Positions 35,401 through 54,767 of a DNA stretch of 64,000 nt are shown here, piece after piece. The stretch is taken from the NCBI GenBank assembly GCA_012295275.1, contig CM022675.1:16740001-16804000 (forward strand), read 5' to 3'. This DNA comes from Chrysomallon squamiferum (lineage: Eukaryota > Animalia > Mollusca). The translations under genes and the position numbers were made by a program. Below the pieces are notes generated by a model that ran no database searches, was not told the DNA's origin, and was given only the letters and a program-made list of their open reading frames with translations. How positions within the stretch are numbered: position 1 is the stretch's first letter; the number at the start of each line of letters is the position of its first letter.

Positions 35401-38400
35401 CTTTATATGTCACAGTAAGAACTAAATAATATTGTTAAATGTATCATCATCATCATTACTTTTCTTCTTCTTCTTCTTACTATTATTATTGTTAATAGTA
35501 CAATTACCTTTTTTAATGAAGTTTCACATATTCTACAATCCGGTCAGATGTATTCAATATGTTATTTTATTGCTTGATTTCAACGTATTTTTCTTTTTCT
35601 ATTATTCACTATCTCACTCTGTTCTGCTATATTCTATGCACTTTTGCAGACTGAACTTGTTTCATTGCGTCAATATCCCTGGACCAGCTGTTCAAGATGA
35701 CAGCGTCTCAGGTATACACGTTTAACATATTTTACAACAGATGCAACAAATCAGTGCACGTAACACACATTACATGCATCTCTATTAGTACTACTACTAC
35801 TGCAACAGCTACTACGATTAGTATTACGACGGCTACTATTACTTCCTTCTCTATTTATGTATTAATTCATTTATATATCCACAGTACATACATGTGTAGA
35901 CTTGATCAATTATTATGTTTCTATCAATATATCGATAAAATTAGTAATTGATTATCTCTTCTGATTTAGTAGTATGAAATTAGCATTAGTGCTACTGTAT
36001 GTAATTACAACAGGTTTTAGATGTTAATGTGACACGAATAGTTTAATGTAAAAACATTAGTTATATAACTGTTTTTATCTATTGATTCAGACCACAGATC
36101 AGATGCAGAAATGGCAGCGTCACGAAATGGTGAAAAGAATGATCTGAGCAAACACAAATACAGAAATAAAAACTCGTGGAATGATCAGCCAGAATGTACA
36201 ATTTCCTTCGAAAATGAGAAAAACATAAATTATAATTTGTACAAAGAAAAACGAATCAACACCTGGCCTCAAAGCTTTGACAAATTTGTAAATTCAAAAG
36301 CGAAAGATACTGAGTCAGGATGCAATGTTTTGGAATCTCGGCTGGAACGGGAGAACAGCTGCACCGTTGATTCTCCGCTGAATTCTGATAGCAAGGATAC
36401 AGAGTCTTTGAACAATCGTTGTGTGTCTGGTCAATGTGCCGGCAGCCGGTCCTCTATTCAAGTCAGCAAAACGGACGCTCTGTCCATGTCGGTGGAAAAT
36501 AAGACGCACGTTACAATAAATCAGTCCATGTCTTCCCTAACACAAAGTTCAGCCAATTTTAATGAAAAACAAATCTACAAGCCGAGTGAAACGATTTCAT
36601 ACACAGAACCTAGTCATGCTGAAGCATTTCAAAAAACGATTTCGAAAAAATTTGAAAAAAACAAACCATCACAGTCAATCACATCCGAAAATATATATTC
36701 CTTACCATTTTCTGAAGGAGAGAACGGAAATAATTTGAGTGAAACTGACAAAGAAACTTCAGTTCTGAATCCTAGAGAAGAATTTAAAATCATACACGAA
36801 AACCTATATCTACTGACGACGGCAGAAAAGGAAAATACTGAAGCAGAAGACATTAACAAAAATCAAAATAATGCATGCGATAAACATTTACAACAAAAAC
36901 TAGTAAACTCAGATTTTCATATACAGAATCAGATAAATGTACGACCAAAGCAAGAAGAAAATGAAAATATTAGAAATGATAAAAATGTTCAGGAGAAAGA
37001 GATCTTAGTCGCAAAATTTAACTTTGATGAAATCTTAAGTATGTCACAAGAAGTGAGCGCATGTAAGAAAAAGGACGAAGATAATATCGAATATGATGAT
37101 GAAAATATCAAACATAATTTTGTTCGTAAATCTTTTGAAATGCTTAGCGATGAAGGGCATTTGACTGACACAGCAGACATCACGAATAATTCTGATACAG
37201 TAGCTGAAAACATGGACTATATAACTGAAACTGAAGTTTATAATCCTGTAAAAGAACATGATCCTGATGATAACGTTAGCACCAGTTTGAAGAAAGATGC
37301 ATCTAGCAAAGACTCAAGTTATGAAAAGGCTGTTAAAAATAAAAATATTGATCACGAAGATGATACAGAAACCGTTCATAATACTGAAAACTTCAGAACA
37401 GTCGTTTGTGTTAATACAATTGCTATACAAAAGCAGCCGAAAAAGAGTTCGAAAAGTGTTTTGTCTGAATTAGTGAAAAGCAGTAAGATATCATCTAGAT
37501 TAAACAATACGAGCCTGAATAAAGTGAAGCAAGGAAGTATTTGGGTGACATGTGATGAAGGTTTAGGAAGTATCAGAGGTCTAAAAGACAGAACCAGACA
37601 AGAGCTAAACGTTTTTTCTAAATCTGATGAACGATCGACAGTAAAGAAAAGCAAGAAAAATATTAAAACTTCACACTTTAGACAGGAATCAGTTTCGACA
37701 TTATACAAGACAGAACAGACAGCAAATGAAATACATAAATATACAACGCAAGAAATAAAACCCAATAACCTAGCATCGAACGATATAGTTGTGGTTAAAG
37801 AGGATAGCAGAAAACAGACACAGCAAACTAACAAAGGAAACTTGGTTCTTGACATGAAATCGGATAACGTGAACATTCCAGAAATACAAACAAATATTCC
37901 ACATAACAGTACAGAAACTGAAATGACTGTAGACAGAGTAAAGGATGACAGCAAAGGAGACATAACAGGTAAAGAATTTACACGCAGTGGAAGCTCTTAT
38001 AAAGATTCTCCGAATATCACATCTGAATGTCATAATACAAACGGTTTGAAACAAGAAACGACAAGCAGCTATGATTATCTTGAGTTTTTGAAAATGACAA
38101 ATACTGGCGAAACGGACCAAAGACATTGTGTTACTTCGGAGAAGAAAGACTCAGATGGGATTCAAGAGGAGACCTGTGACAACCTTGAAGGAAAGGAAAT
38201 CGACAATGAACTGAGCATGACTATTTGCAAAGGAAATAAGCTGGCAGTAATGAAGAAATCATCAGATTCTGCATTAAACGCTTCAACGTCGAGCAATACA
38301 ACAGAAACAATATTTCAAAGAAATATATCGAATGAACTACGACGTTTGTCTAAGAAATCCCATTCCAGTGCGTTATCCAAAAACCCCAGATCACAAGAAA

Positions 38401-39506
38401 AATCAATTTCAAAACAGACTTCAGACTTTACTTTTTGTGGAACAAAATTCTTCTCTGTTGAAGGTCAAAAGCAACCAAGGTCAAAAACAGAGACTGAACT
38501 TATCAGCAGAAACAGAGCACGTGATAAAAGAAATAAACGAAAAACAAATCTCTGTGACCAACAAAATATTAAATTTCGGAAATCTGCTTCCTTTCTACTT
38601 GATACTGAAAAGTTTATAAAAGAACCAACTTGTATGGACGCGTACAGCCACGTACTGCGGGATAGGACGCAAGTGTTTAGATCAACACAATGCAAGCTTG
38701 ACAGGGAAGCGTGTTTATATCCGAAATATAATGTAATTCATCCAGAGACTATATATTCACCTTTTGAGAGAATATGTGCAAAAATCAGAAAACAAGATGA
38801 AAAGAAACAAATGACAAAAAAGACGAAAAAACCCGAGATGTCAAACAAACTGTGTAGAAGCAGCACGTTCATTATTTCAGACTCTCACAAGAAAGATCTA
38901 AAACAAAAAACAAAACGTGACAGATTGATGAGAGAAGAAAACGCAGTGATAGCCACTTCTCAGATGAATGAACTAGTAAGTCCACTGCCTTCAGATGATC
39001 AGACAAAGGTCAGAACGAGGTATGGAGAAGTTCCAATACAGAAAGCAAAACCTCAAAGGATTTCATTCTCTGATTCAGAACAGACGAAATCTAAACAGAA
39101 AGTAATGACCACTCGAGAATCTCTGCCACTGAAAATTTACAATGTGAAAATGAAGATCCCTGAAGTGAAACCCAGCTCTAATATTCCGCGTCTAGCCAGG
39201 CAAAACAAAATAAAAAAGCTTAGTTTACCCAGTCGAAATAGCAATGCTAGAAAACAAACTCCTGGAAGGTTTGATCTAGGAATGTCGGTGACCAGAATCG
39301 TTAGAGAAACAACTTTTAACGTTGACCATGATTTGCAACTGGAAGGAATCAAGGACGCCACGAATGTTATTCCCGTAGCTAACGAATCTACACATCAGCT
39401 GCCGATCCTGCTTCGAGATAAAACGTTCTGCGTTGATAACCCTACAAATAAAATATCTGTGTCCTTAGTCGATCTACAAGCACTTCTTCCAAATGTGAAT
39501 AAATAA
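32406..39506 (+). CDS. Uncharacterised type-I single-pass membrane protein, about 1840 aa, 5 exons
   Basis: Exons 32406-32475 (signal peptide MKFTLVIFVVMLVTKIHIG), 32909-34741 (S/T-rich ectodomain), 35019-35160 (hydrophobic VLQVLCGCLSGVVLSFGIVLFC followed by KYKR), 35650-35711 and 36091-39506 (1100+ aa polar tail). All junctions are GT-AG and the phases 1,1,2,1 match (5523 nt). Confidence 0.8.
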
Positions 39507-40958
39507 GAAAGACACCATAACCGTCTGGTCAGTGACGAACTGAGGATATCTGTTATCTACCGAAAAAAAAACAATAAAATTATATATATATATATATCTC
39601 ACCAAAGAAGCCTTATTTGAAACTTCTGAGAATCTACGCAGTATTTTTGCATCTTTTTTGTTTTCTAATTGTCCGGTATCCCTGTGGGCCAGACCCACTT
39701 TTTGATGCGTTTAGAATTATAAAATACTAACACCGTAAATTCTATAATTCGTTCTCTCGATTATTTGATTATATGACGGCAGAAAGAAGATAATTCTGAG
39801 ACTTTAATAAAGTGAAGACGGGAACACTGTATATTGTAACATATTTTCGAAAATACAGTAAACTTCTGCTATTTGAGCTTCGTTTTAAATGTACACGATC
39901 TATCATGGTTATTTATTAATATCTGATAGAAGAAAAAAAAAAAAAGAAAGAATGCAAAAAGATTATGATTTTTAATATAATTTTGTACTGAAAACAAAAT
40001 GACATTGATAATGTCGATTTAACGCAGAACATTACAGTTTAAGTGATTATATCTGTATTGAAAGCATAACGGAGACGGTTACGTACACATTGACTGAGTC
40101 TCCAAAATCTGAAAAGCTTTTATATCTCTGATGTCTGAAAAAGCGAAAAATCACCATCTCAACTATTATTGTGAACTAAAAGCAGTCTTGTTTATTCAGT
40201 AGTTTTTACTTTTTACTTTTATTTTTCTCTGGTCGTGGCACTAAATATTGGAACTGATGATGGTTAATTCGTGTGTGCAGTTACTCAGGAGTCAGCATTC
40301 TAGTTCCCAAACAGAAAATCACTTTTACTACCTAATTATTGTGTATTTAATGTGTTTATGTGTTTTTATGTCTGTATATGTTTCTGTGTATTTGATGTAC
40401 ATTTATGGATGTATTTACATGACTAAGTGTTTGTGTTTTATGGCTATGTGTCTGTTCAACGAGTGAATATTGTCTTATCTACGACTGACTGCACTCTGCA
40501 CACACTGTTCAAGAACGCACTGGCACAGTTATGGCCATAGAAAATCAAATATCGCCAACTCAGCGCGAATATACGGCACCAAATCGCTGTATTCCTTTTG
40601 TGTCTATCCTGTCTATACTAAATATAGACAACAATTATAGATATATATATCTTTAAATTTGAAAATGTCATGATTCAGAATTAAAAAGTCACTGTTACTG
40701 AAAACTCAATTCAGACTGCATGTTCACTTGTACATCGTATCGAGTTCAGGCTCGGACGCCCAGCCTGCGGAGCTCTGGAAAGAACACTTTATGTCTGAGA
40801 GTCTTTTACACTTATGTTCGTTCTGATTCCTGGTTCGATACTTTTTCAGAATCATTGAAAACAGTACTGCAATAAAGAAAAAAAAAATTATATAAAATGC
40901 GTCAGTATGCTGTACAGTAGATACTTACATTAAACATCAATTACATTCAGCATATATC

Positions 40959-41004
<46 letters not shown>

Positions 41005-41383
41005 TATACTATACGAACATATTGTATAGTAGTTAAATGAGTTATATATCAAACAGCGATGTAAAGAACATCACTGAACAGTATCCAAAATTTATATTAA
41101 ATATTTAATTTTTAATATTAAAATTATTAAAATACCATTAATGCTATTAATATGCTACTACTACTATTACTCCAAATGTTACTGATACTACTACTATTTC
41201 TGCTATTACCACAACCACTACTACTACAAGTACTACTATTCCTACTACTATTACTGCTACAAATATTACTAGTACTAATACAACATCTACTACTACTAAT
41301 AATAAAATTAACTATAATAACCGTACGCATATAAGTCATAATAAACTAATAATTATATTTGTTTGCAGATTGTTTTTACTCAC

Positions 41384-41442
<59 letters not shown>

Positions 41443-41599
41443 AACAGCCTGAAAGTGATTAAAATAAATGAATATTTTATTGTAAGAGTATGTTATTCGT
41501 TTCCTGTTCTATGTTTCTGATGTGAGATAAAAAGATTCGATGAAAATGAAGCTAACAAAAATATCAAAGACAGCTCCCACGTCATGTGATTAGAACAAA

Positions 41600-45981
<4,382 letters not shown>

Positions 45982-47349
45982 AGCAATGAATACTAACAGA
46001 ATTAAAAGTCATTGCATTAATAATTCACATCTTAATCAATAAAGCTTTAAATTGGTATTACATTTTTTGAAAATTGAATCTATGAACATATTTAAAAGTC
46101 TGTTAAGGTGCTTATAACAGAAAAGAAAATTAATGGACAATATATTTCATGTCCATCTAGAGATTGGGTACTATTATTTTAATGATACTGTTGTTTTGAT
46201 ATGGGCAGCATATTAAATGTTTATTCTAGAACAGTAATTTATTTATTAAAAAAACAAAACTTCTCCTTTTGTTTTATTCTATCTTGGATTAAACCGGTAA
46301 TCATTTGCCTTTTAATATGACTGCAATCATAAATGTGGCAAATTTCAGAACTAGTGATAAATATATTGGTTTAGACTGTAACTGTTTTTTTGTTGAATGG
46401 TAACCATTTAATTATTTCTTTTAAATGGGTACAACCCATGTTTAAAATTAAATGGGAAATAGATTTCTTATACATCCTTTCACTTTTATAATGGACTTTC
46501 ATTTTATACAGAAAGTGACATCACCCTTTTTTCTGAAATTCTGAATAATGCATGTTTAAAATCTGGATAGTAGTTACAAGAGTTGTAGAAGGTAAAAGAG
46601 AAAACTTTTCTTAATCAGTTTTACCCCATCTTGAGATTTGTATGTTTTACTGACATAAAGATCTATTGATTACATGTGTGAAAGAGAGAGAGAGAAAAAA
46701 ATGTTATAAAATATTTTTTGGTTTATTGTTTGTTAAAAATCGTGATTAGCTTTATTAATTAATAAATACATATAAATAAATATTAACAGTTTTCTCAACC
46801 ATTAAACAATATTAATATTTTTGTAAATATGATAACTGGCAAAACATCATATAATTAAATTTACATACTAATGATGTTATCCCAAAATTTATTTTACACA
46901 CGCACACACACACACACACATTTTTATATACCTATAATATTTTTTAAAAATTACAATGAAAGATTAGCCATCTTTATTCTGCAAATAATTGTTAATTTCT
47001 AATTAAAACATGTTTAAAAATAATTGCTAAAGTTATTACAATGAATAAATCTCACAAATTCACAAAAAAGTTGAGCTCCTGAAACAAAATACTGAATGGG
47101 TCAATATAGATGAAACTACAAAAAAATAAGAGCTGAAACACAGTCCATTATATCTGAAAGAAAAGACTGATTTGCACACTTTATTTGAAACTAAATTTGT
47201 AGCTATTTTTTCCAATGGCTCATTCAGTGTACTGCTGAATAGTTGTGTATACTGGATAGCTGGAAATATTGAAGCTATGCACCAATCACAGGGTGACATG
47301 GGTGAAACACTTGCACTATTGTAATAAACTTCGCCATACTTTTAACCCA

Positions 47350-48000
47350 TGGCAAAGCTCAAAATCGCTTTCACCATTTTCATTTACCAAAAAAGACAGC
47401 TTAAAGGTCATTCTTTATTTCCCTGGCCAGCTTCACTGAACATTTTTAATATCAAATTCAAATCTTCACACACCACTCAAGTTAATTCATACTAAATTTG
47501 TCCATGACTGAGTACTAAAATTTAAGTTATTTATCCAATTTACATATATTCTGTTGGCTGTTCCTTTGGTCCAATGGATTAGATCCTGAATCACTTCGAA
47601 CTTGTTTGGGATTGCTTGTAATATGTTTATATCCCTCAAAGTTTTAGCTGCCAAATTTATTTGTTTTAGGTAAAGATTAGCTGGTTTGTGTTAGTTGAGG
47701 GATTTTGGTCTTTACAGATTATTCCTACATTTAAGGTTGTGTTTTCTGGCCGAGAATTACTTTTATGATTAGTTACCATTGTCCTAAAGTGATTAAAGTT
47801 GGTGCCTGGATAGCATTCTACTTGGACCTGATTATTTACATCTACATTAATCTGTGATAGATTTAAGGAGCCAAAAATCAAGATTTTCTTAATTTCAGGC
47901 AGGCACCACAGTGTTTTATCAGATGCAGTGTGTCTGTATTTATAACATTTAGAAGGCCTAAATGTGGGATATTTTAAGGCATCTGTGAATGTTATAGGTG
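47350..48000 (-). mobile_element. Decayed SGNH-hydrolase (esterase)-type ORF, probably from a non-LTR or Penelope-like retroelement
   Basis: Minus-strand translation gives ILIFGSLNLSQI...VQVECYPGTNF...TLNVGI and, after a disruption, DLIHWTKGTANRIYVNWINNLNF* (47585-47514). These resemble SGNH blocks I, II, III and V. The segment is intronless and contains stops and frameshifts. Confidence 0.55.
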
Positions 48001-49310
48001 GTTGATTACTTTAGGAGCATTGTGTTGAGGTTGATTATTAGTTTTTGGAAATGGTGGGGTAGTTTCAAATTTGGATGTTTACACGGAGTACTAATCGATG
48101 GTGATGAAATACCCTGTTTTCATCTACTTCCATGGGTAGTACCAGTTTTGGGGCTGGGATTATTCACTCTATCTTTTTGATTCCTTTGGAGCTAGCCCAG
48201 AAACAAAATAAAAAAATATAATGTACATTCTGATATTTTTATTTTTGAAATTTTTCCCCCCCACTTTACCACATTATATTTAGCTTTATCTAAATCTGAC
48301 TTATTTACTGAATTAAAAGAATTGATTATTTTGACCTTAAGATTTTTTTAGGGGGTTTACTTAATGCTTAATTAGTAAGTTTAGTGTCTTACCTGTCCAG
48401 TTTTGGTAGTTTAGGTTTAAATCAAATGTTACATCAGTTGATTTTAAGACCAGTTTTATAAAAGAATTTAACTCTTTTACTTCTTTTTGGAGGCTTCATG
48501 GAGAGTAGAATTGGCAAGATTCTCTTCCAGGAATTGATTGTGTGTATGCATTGCAGAATGCCATACATCAGCTTTACTAAACTTCATAGAAGGTTTGTTT
48601 TATTGCTAAAGTTAGTTTTTGATTTTTGGTTTTCAGCATTATTTTGTTTTGCCAGGTTTTCAAAGGTACAAGTAAAAACAAATATATCTACACAAAAAAA
48701 GTTCAAGTCATCATAAACAAAAACCTCACTTCTCTCTACTTGTTTAAGTCTAACTGGCACCCTGCAATCAGTTCAGTGAAGTTTGGTAAGAATCCTGATT
48801 AGCAAACATTTTCAGTATTTAGGCTGGTAAAGAGTGGTTTGAAACATTTAATAAATAGAAATATTTATTAAATGCCCTGAATATAGTGTAACACAATATG
48901 TTGTAAAGTCATTTTAAATTTTTTGTGTTGTCTTGTGGTTATTCTTACTATATATTTAATTTGTGTTACTATATATTTAATGTCATATTACACACACACA
49001 AACGTTTAGGTTCACCTTGCAAAATGAACCCAAGATAAAGCGACAATGCTGATATTCAGAAACAGAGATAAATATCAGATCCACTAGTTTTATAAACCTG
49101 TGTTTATCCCAGTCAAATCCATGGATTCAACATCATCAACACTGCACCACTATTTATGTAAAAGAAGAAAATAGCATGTTCAGTATTTCTTTTGAAATAA
49201 CCTGTCACTGCAAATAATAAAAATCATCATCTACTGTTTTTGCCAGGAAAACCTGACACCCACTTCTACCTTAAAAAAATAGAACTTTGCTGTTTTTGAA
49301 GGAAATGTGC

Positions 49311-50031
49311 TCACAGAACTAGCTCTCTGTCTGGAGGCAGACGAGAAAAGTACCAGTCCACTTTCTGCTGTGTCACCTCCTCCAGTGTCGCTGGTTTCCA
49401 TTTAGGATTTTGATCCTTGTCCACAACCACTGGAATAGAAATAAAAAAGATAAATGGTTCTTGTTTCTAATACTTAAATGTTTTAAATGTTTTTTTTTTT
49501 TTTTTTTTTTATCATTTCTGATCCTCTCTTTTAAAATACCTTTCTGATCTCATCTGAATTAAACAAAATAGTACAGTATTTTCAAATAATTTGTTTACCT
49601 AATTTTGTTAAAGGTATGTTCTGGAGGTGCGAATGAATAAACTAATAATTGTTTCATTCTTCCAAGTCCTAGTGTGGTTGTGTATACACTTTGTGTCACT
49701 GTGAGTGATTGTAGAAAACCTGTTTTTACTATTGATACGGTTTATCACAATTTCATGTCAAAGGAACCCCCTGAAACAAAATATAGAGGCTACCATTTTT
49801 ATTCTTAATGAGCTTGCATGGAAATACTTACAGAGTGGACAGATTGCAAAAAGTATTCACTTGTTTCTTTACTTTTATTATCAATGTGTGTGTGTGTGTG
49901 TGTGTGTCTGAGAATCAATATATTTCTGTATGCATGTATGACTGTCTCTGTTTGTACATAAACACATACATAAACTATTACAGATATACATAAAAATATG
50001 TACATAAACATGTATATATATATATACATAA

Positions 50032-50105
<74 letters not shown>

Positions 50106-53100
50106 TTTTTTTTCATACTATGTAGTATCACTGATATAGCTATACACACCTGCTCTTACTCCTTCATAGAAATCATGATCTTCCAGACAGTGCTGAGAAA
50201 GTCTGTATTCTGTGTTAAAAACCTGCTGCAGACTCATAGTTGCTCCCCTCTGCAGATGTTGTAGTGTGACCTTCATTGATGTGGGTGACTGAAAGAAAGT
50301 TGTGTAGTGACAAAAATCAGTGTACAGATGTAAATGATTTAATATGCGTGAAAAGGCTGACTCGGTTTTGCTCTATTTGACCATTTTAATAAACAGGAAA
50401 AAAATAAAAATAACAAAATAAAAAGAAAGAAATCCGCAAGGTATGTAACTATATGTATATGAAATAAAACTAATTTTCTATTTTAAAAAAATGAAAAGAA
50501 TAAGAAGTAGAAAATAAAGCAAAAAAACCAAAAAAATGAATAAAACACAGACATATATATATATATATATTCATATATATTAAAATCAAGAATTCAAAAA
50601 CCCACAATAAATAACAAAATAAACAAAACAAAAAAATTAACAACCAATAAAGAAATACCATTTTGCGTAAAATGTTGAGTTGTTTGACTGCCCAGTCAGA
50701 ACCATCTTGTTCAAGAGATTTAAAAATCTCTTCTACAGAATTACCAGAAAAGAGTCGATTGATGTCATTCAGCTGATTTTTCAGTACAAACTCCTTCTCG
50801 TCCTGCTGCATACTCTGTAACGTGAAATAATGCAGTGGAATCAACAAACACAGATAAATCTGTGTAAAGCATTTTAACACATTGTATCAAAACTGGTCAT
50901 TGTGTATTAATTATTGAGTATGTTACTGTGTACTCACACACACAGACTGTTTCTGATGATTTCCTGTTCCAACCATTGATGTATAAAAAGGACACTGGTA
51001 TGCATTTTTCCGTTACATAAAATGACTGATGTAAAATCTTTTCTTTATTACTAATTTAAAACTGTTCTCTTTAAAAAAGCCACTCACCTGTTTATGAAAG
51101 TCATCAAGTACCCTACAAATATTGGCTTGATCTGGGTGTGGCATTTCCAGCAAAACCTTCTCCATTTCAGCTAGCTGTTGATTAGAAAACATCAAAACAC
51201 TTGATGTTTCATACATACATTTAAGTATGTAAATTTTACAAGAAAGTTTTAGATGTTAAGGAATACAACAGAAAGTGTGTGTTCTCCAGTCTAATCTGAG
51301 ATTCTATCTAATGCTTAATATATTTAGCACCACATTTTGTAACTGAATAACTTTAATTGCAGATAGCTTTTATCCACAAATAATTGAATATGCATTAAGC
51401 AAAAAACATCCTTTAGTTAATATTTGAACAGACGCTGTTTAATATTATGCTGATTACTTCAATATATAGTTTGTATAAAATTATACATTTATTTCTTGAA
51501 AAAAGAAAACATCTGAAATAGGTAAGAGAAAATAAAAAATAATAACAGTTATATTAACTGATCTTAGAAACAGTTCCATATAGATGCTGTTTTTATTTTA
51601 TAGGAATTACTTTTTATTTTCACCTTTGTTGACTGTATGTAGTGTGTAGCTATTGCAGCATGATGGACATCTTGTCCTTTTAATCTAAATCCTGTCAGAG
51701 CCAGATAAATTCCTAGCTTTCCAGTCAACCGTGGAAGAAAATACCCCCCTCCAACATCGGGGAATAAACCTGCAACATTAAATTAAAATTTTCATTTCAT
51801 ATATTAATTCAATATAGAATTTCTTCAACAAAAAAACCACAAAACAACAACAGCAAACAAATAAACAAAATATATATATATGTATATATTTATATATATT
51901 TGGCCTTTGTTTTATTATTTTAACTATTTATTTTACCTATTGCTGTTTCTGGCATGGCAAAAAGTGTTCGTTCTGTGGCAACTTGGAACATGCCGTGTAC
52001 AGAAAGACCAACACCCTAAAAGAAAAGAACAACAAAATTTATCTGTAATATTCTCTTTAAGATAAATTAATTGCAAATTTCATAGAACAAATGAATACAT
52101 ATTTAACAACATCTCAACTCAGTTTTATTAATAGGAACAATGTGCAAATACCCTACAGAATGCATCACAGATGGTTTAGCCACAGACTTACTGTTAGCTC
52201 TAATTTACAAACAGGTTAATGAGTGTCACTGAGAAAAGCTGTAACAGAGTAGTACATTTAACACTCATATATCATTATGCAGACACGTACACACAAAAGT
52301 AAACTCTAATAAAACTAATATATACTCTTACCCCACCCATAGTAATACCATCAATCACAGCAATAAAAGGTTTCTTGTAGGTTCCTGAAAAAAAAATAAT
52401 ATTACTTGCATATCTAAATTTTATCAGAATATAATTTATAGACTTATAACAAAATCCTTTCAGGGTATCTAAATTAAACAGTCACATGAAAATCTGGTAA
52501 TCTTATATTACAAATGTTTAGTATTTACTGAATAAAACAAGATTCACTCTGTTCATTTGCCTGTTCCAACTACTGCTATCATTTGAGAACTAAATAAAAA
52601 CTGTAATCATCTCACCTATTTTATTATTTAAAATGTATTCTTCATAAAAAAACTGTTCTGCTGATTTATCTCCTGCTTTTGCTGCCTCTGTTATTGCTAA
52701 ACAAAAAAGGAATGGAAATTAACTTTAAAATTTTTTTAAATAAATTAAAAGTAATAAACTGCAAGAAGAAGAAGAAAAAGAAGAAGAAAAATTATAAAAG
52801 TAATTGATTACAATAATGAGTAAGAAAATTAGATAAACATTTAAAGAAACACATGAATATTATATTATATTTAACACAAAAAGTTGGCAATAAAAAAATT
52901 GGTATAGAATTAATGAATACTTGATTAACATAATTTCAGTGTATCTATGCATGTCAAATGCCTTGTTTTTTTATATAATGACTGTCCTTGAATCTACCAA
53001 ACAAAGCTATTTTCATCAAATGCCAGCATGGATATGGATTTTGAGAGACTGGAAGTAGACTTGCTATTATTTAGAAAAGTTCCTCCTCTGTGCTCTGACT

Positions 53101-54003
53101 AGTATTTATTATATTCTATAGGAACACTTAATTTCTCGTAATCTTGTGACTACAGTTCTCTCTGAGTATGTTCGTAAACACATTCATCCATCCATCCACT
53201 AACTAAATATCTCTATCTCTATCCTCCTGTGTGTTTTACCTGGTATATTTATTTGCAACTCCAGACAGTGAAAAGAAACCCACCTCTGATATCTCCACCA
53301 GCACAGAAAGCCTTCTCCCCACTTCCCTTCATGATCACCAGACTGATGTTTGGATCTTCCTCCCATTCCTGTATTCACAAAAGTAAGCAATCCTTAATGA
53401 AAATTTGGAAAACATCCAATACTTACTCACTCACACACATACAGTCACACACTCTAGAACATTCATTCCAAATCTGTTTTTCAAAAACTGGATATAGTGT
53501 TGTTTACTTTTTAAATAGAATCACATTTTGTTAAAAGAATAAGAACAATATCAGTTTCTTTAAGTTTAATAAATAATTGACCAAAGAAAACTTATGATCT
53601 AAGTCTTAAAATACACTTTAAATGAATTTATGAAAAATAAGAAATAAAACTAATGTAACACAGCGTGGAAGGGACTGTACCTGCATTTTTGGATATATTT
53701 TCCTGATCATTGACAGGTTCAGTGCATTTAAAGCTTTAGGTCGGTTTAACACAACAACACCTTTGTTTTGAAACGTCTCTAGCAACACATCATCTTCTGC
53801 TGCTGTGCAAAAATTGTTTGTCATCTTCTGAAATATAAATAAATAAATAAAATTAAAATTAAAATAAATAAAACAAATAAATATTTGCCTGCCTATATAT
53901 ATAAAATTTGTTTTATAATTCACAGAAAACTTATGTAGTACACACAAACATACATGCATATTTCTGTAAGCTCTCTCTCTGCCTCTCTGTCTCTCTCTGT
54001 CTG

Positions 54004-54034
<31 letters not shown>

Positions 54035-54767
54035 TCACACACATACATAAATAATGATGTTTAACCAGGTTCGTATTTATTTTTAAAATTGTTAATTACT
54101 ATAGGATAAAAACTGTTTCTAAAGATGAGCCATAATAAAATATTACTATTATATAATTTTGTAAGAGTCAGTGGTAATGTTCTTTATTAAAATTAAATGC
54201 AGTATAGTTGTTGTAATTTATTTAGGATAAAAATTGTGCATACGAATAATATGTCATTTTATAATTTATTTTTACTTATATCAGAAAGAATTATAATTTA
54301 ATAATAAATTGTGTGTGTCACTGTGTATGTGTATGTACGTGTGTGTGTGTGTGTGTGTGAATAAAACTTACAGCATGTCTTAAAACAGTCTTCAACCTGT
54401 GCAAAGATCTACAAACAACAAAGAAATATTTATTACTTATGTAAAGATTAATAAGATAATTAAAAAAATAATTACAAAATAAATAAATAAAAATAAACCA
54501 AATAAATCAAATAAATAATAATAAAAAATTATATATGTATATGCAAATATCTTGATGATAAAATGATTTAACAAATATTTTATTTGGATAAGAAATTTAA
54601 TGTTAGTAGTCATTAGTGTAATTTTATGATCTGTGTGTATGATAACAACAACAACAACAACAATAACAATAACAATAACAATAATAATAATAATAATTAG
54701 GCCTTATCAAAAATATAAATACCAGATTTTAAAACTCACTAATAAGTGTTTCGTACCTTCCAAACAT
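49311..54767 (-). CDS. HIBCH: 3-hydroxyisobutyryl-CoA hydrolase, mitochondrial, 379 aa, 12 exons
   Basis: Exons 54767-54757, 54408-54372, 53827-53681, 53368-53284, 52696-52616, 52384-52332, 52015-51937, 51769-51624, 51174-51088, 50814-50659, 50288-50150 and 49429-49311 (1140 nt). Motifs: [72 protein letters not shown]. The N-terminus [16 protein letters not shown] resembles a mitochondrial presequence. Confidence 0.96.

Noticed and set aside
40250-40870. GC-richer exon-like blocks on the minus strand upstream of PECR
   Set aside because: The frames I read contain stops and no recognisable motif, so I cannot support a gene call.
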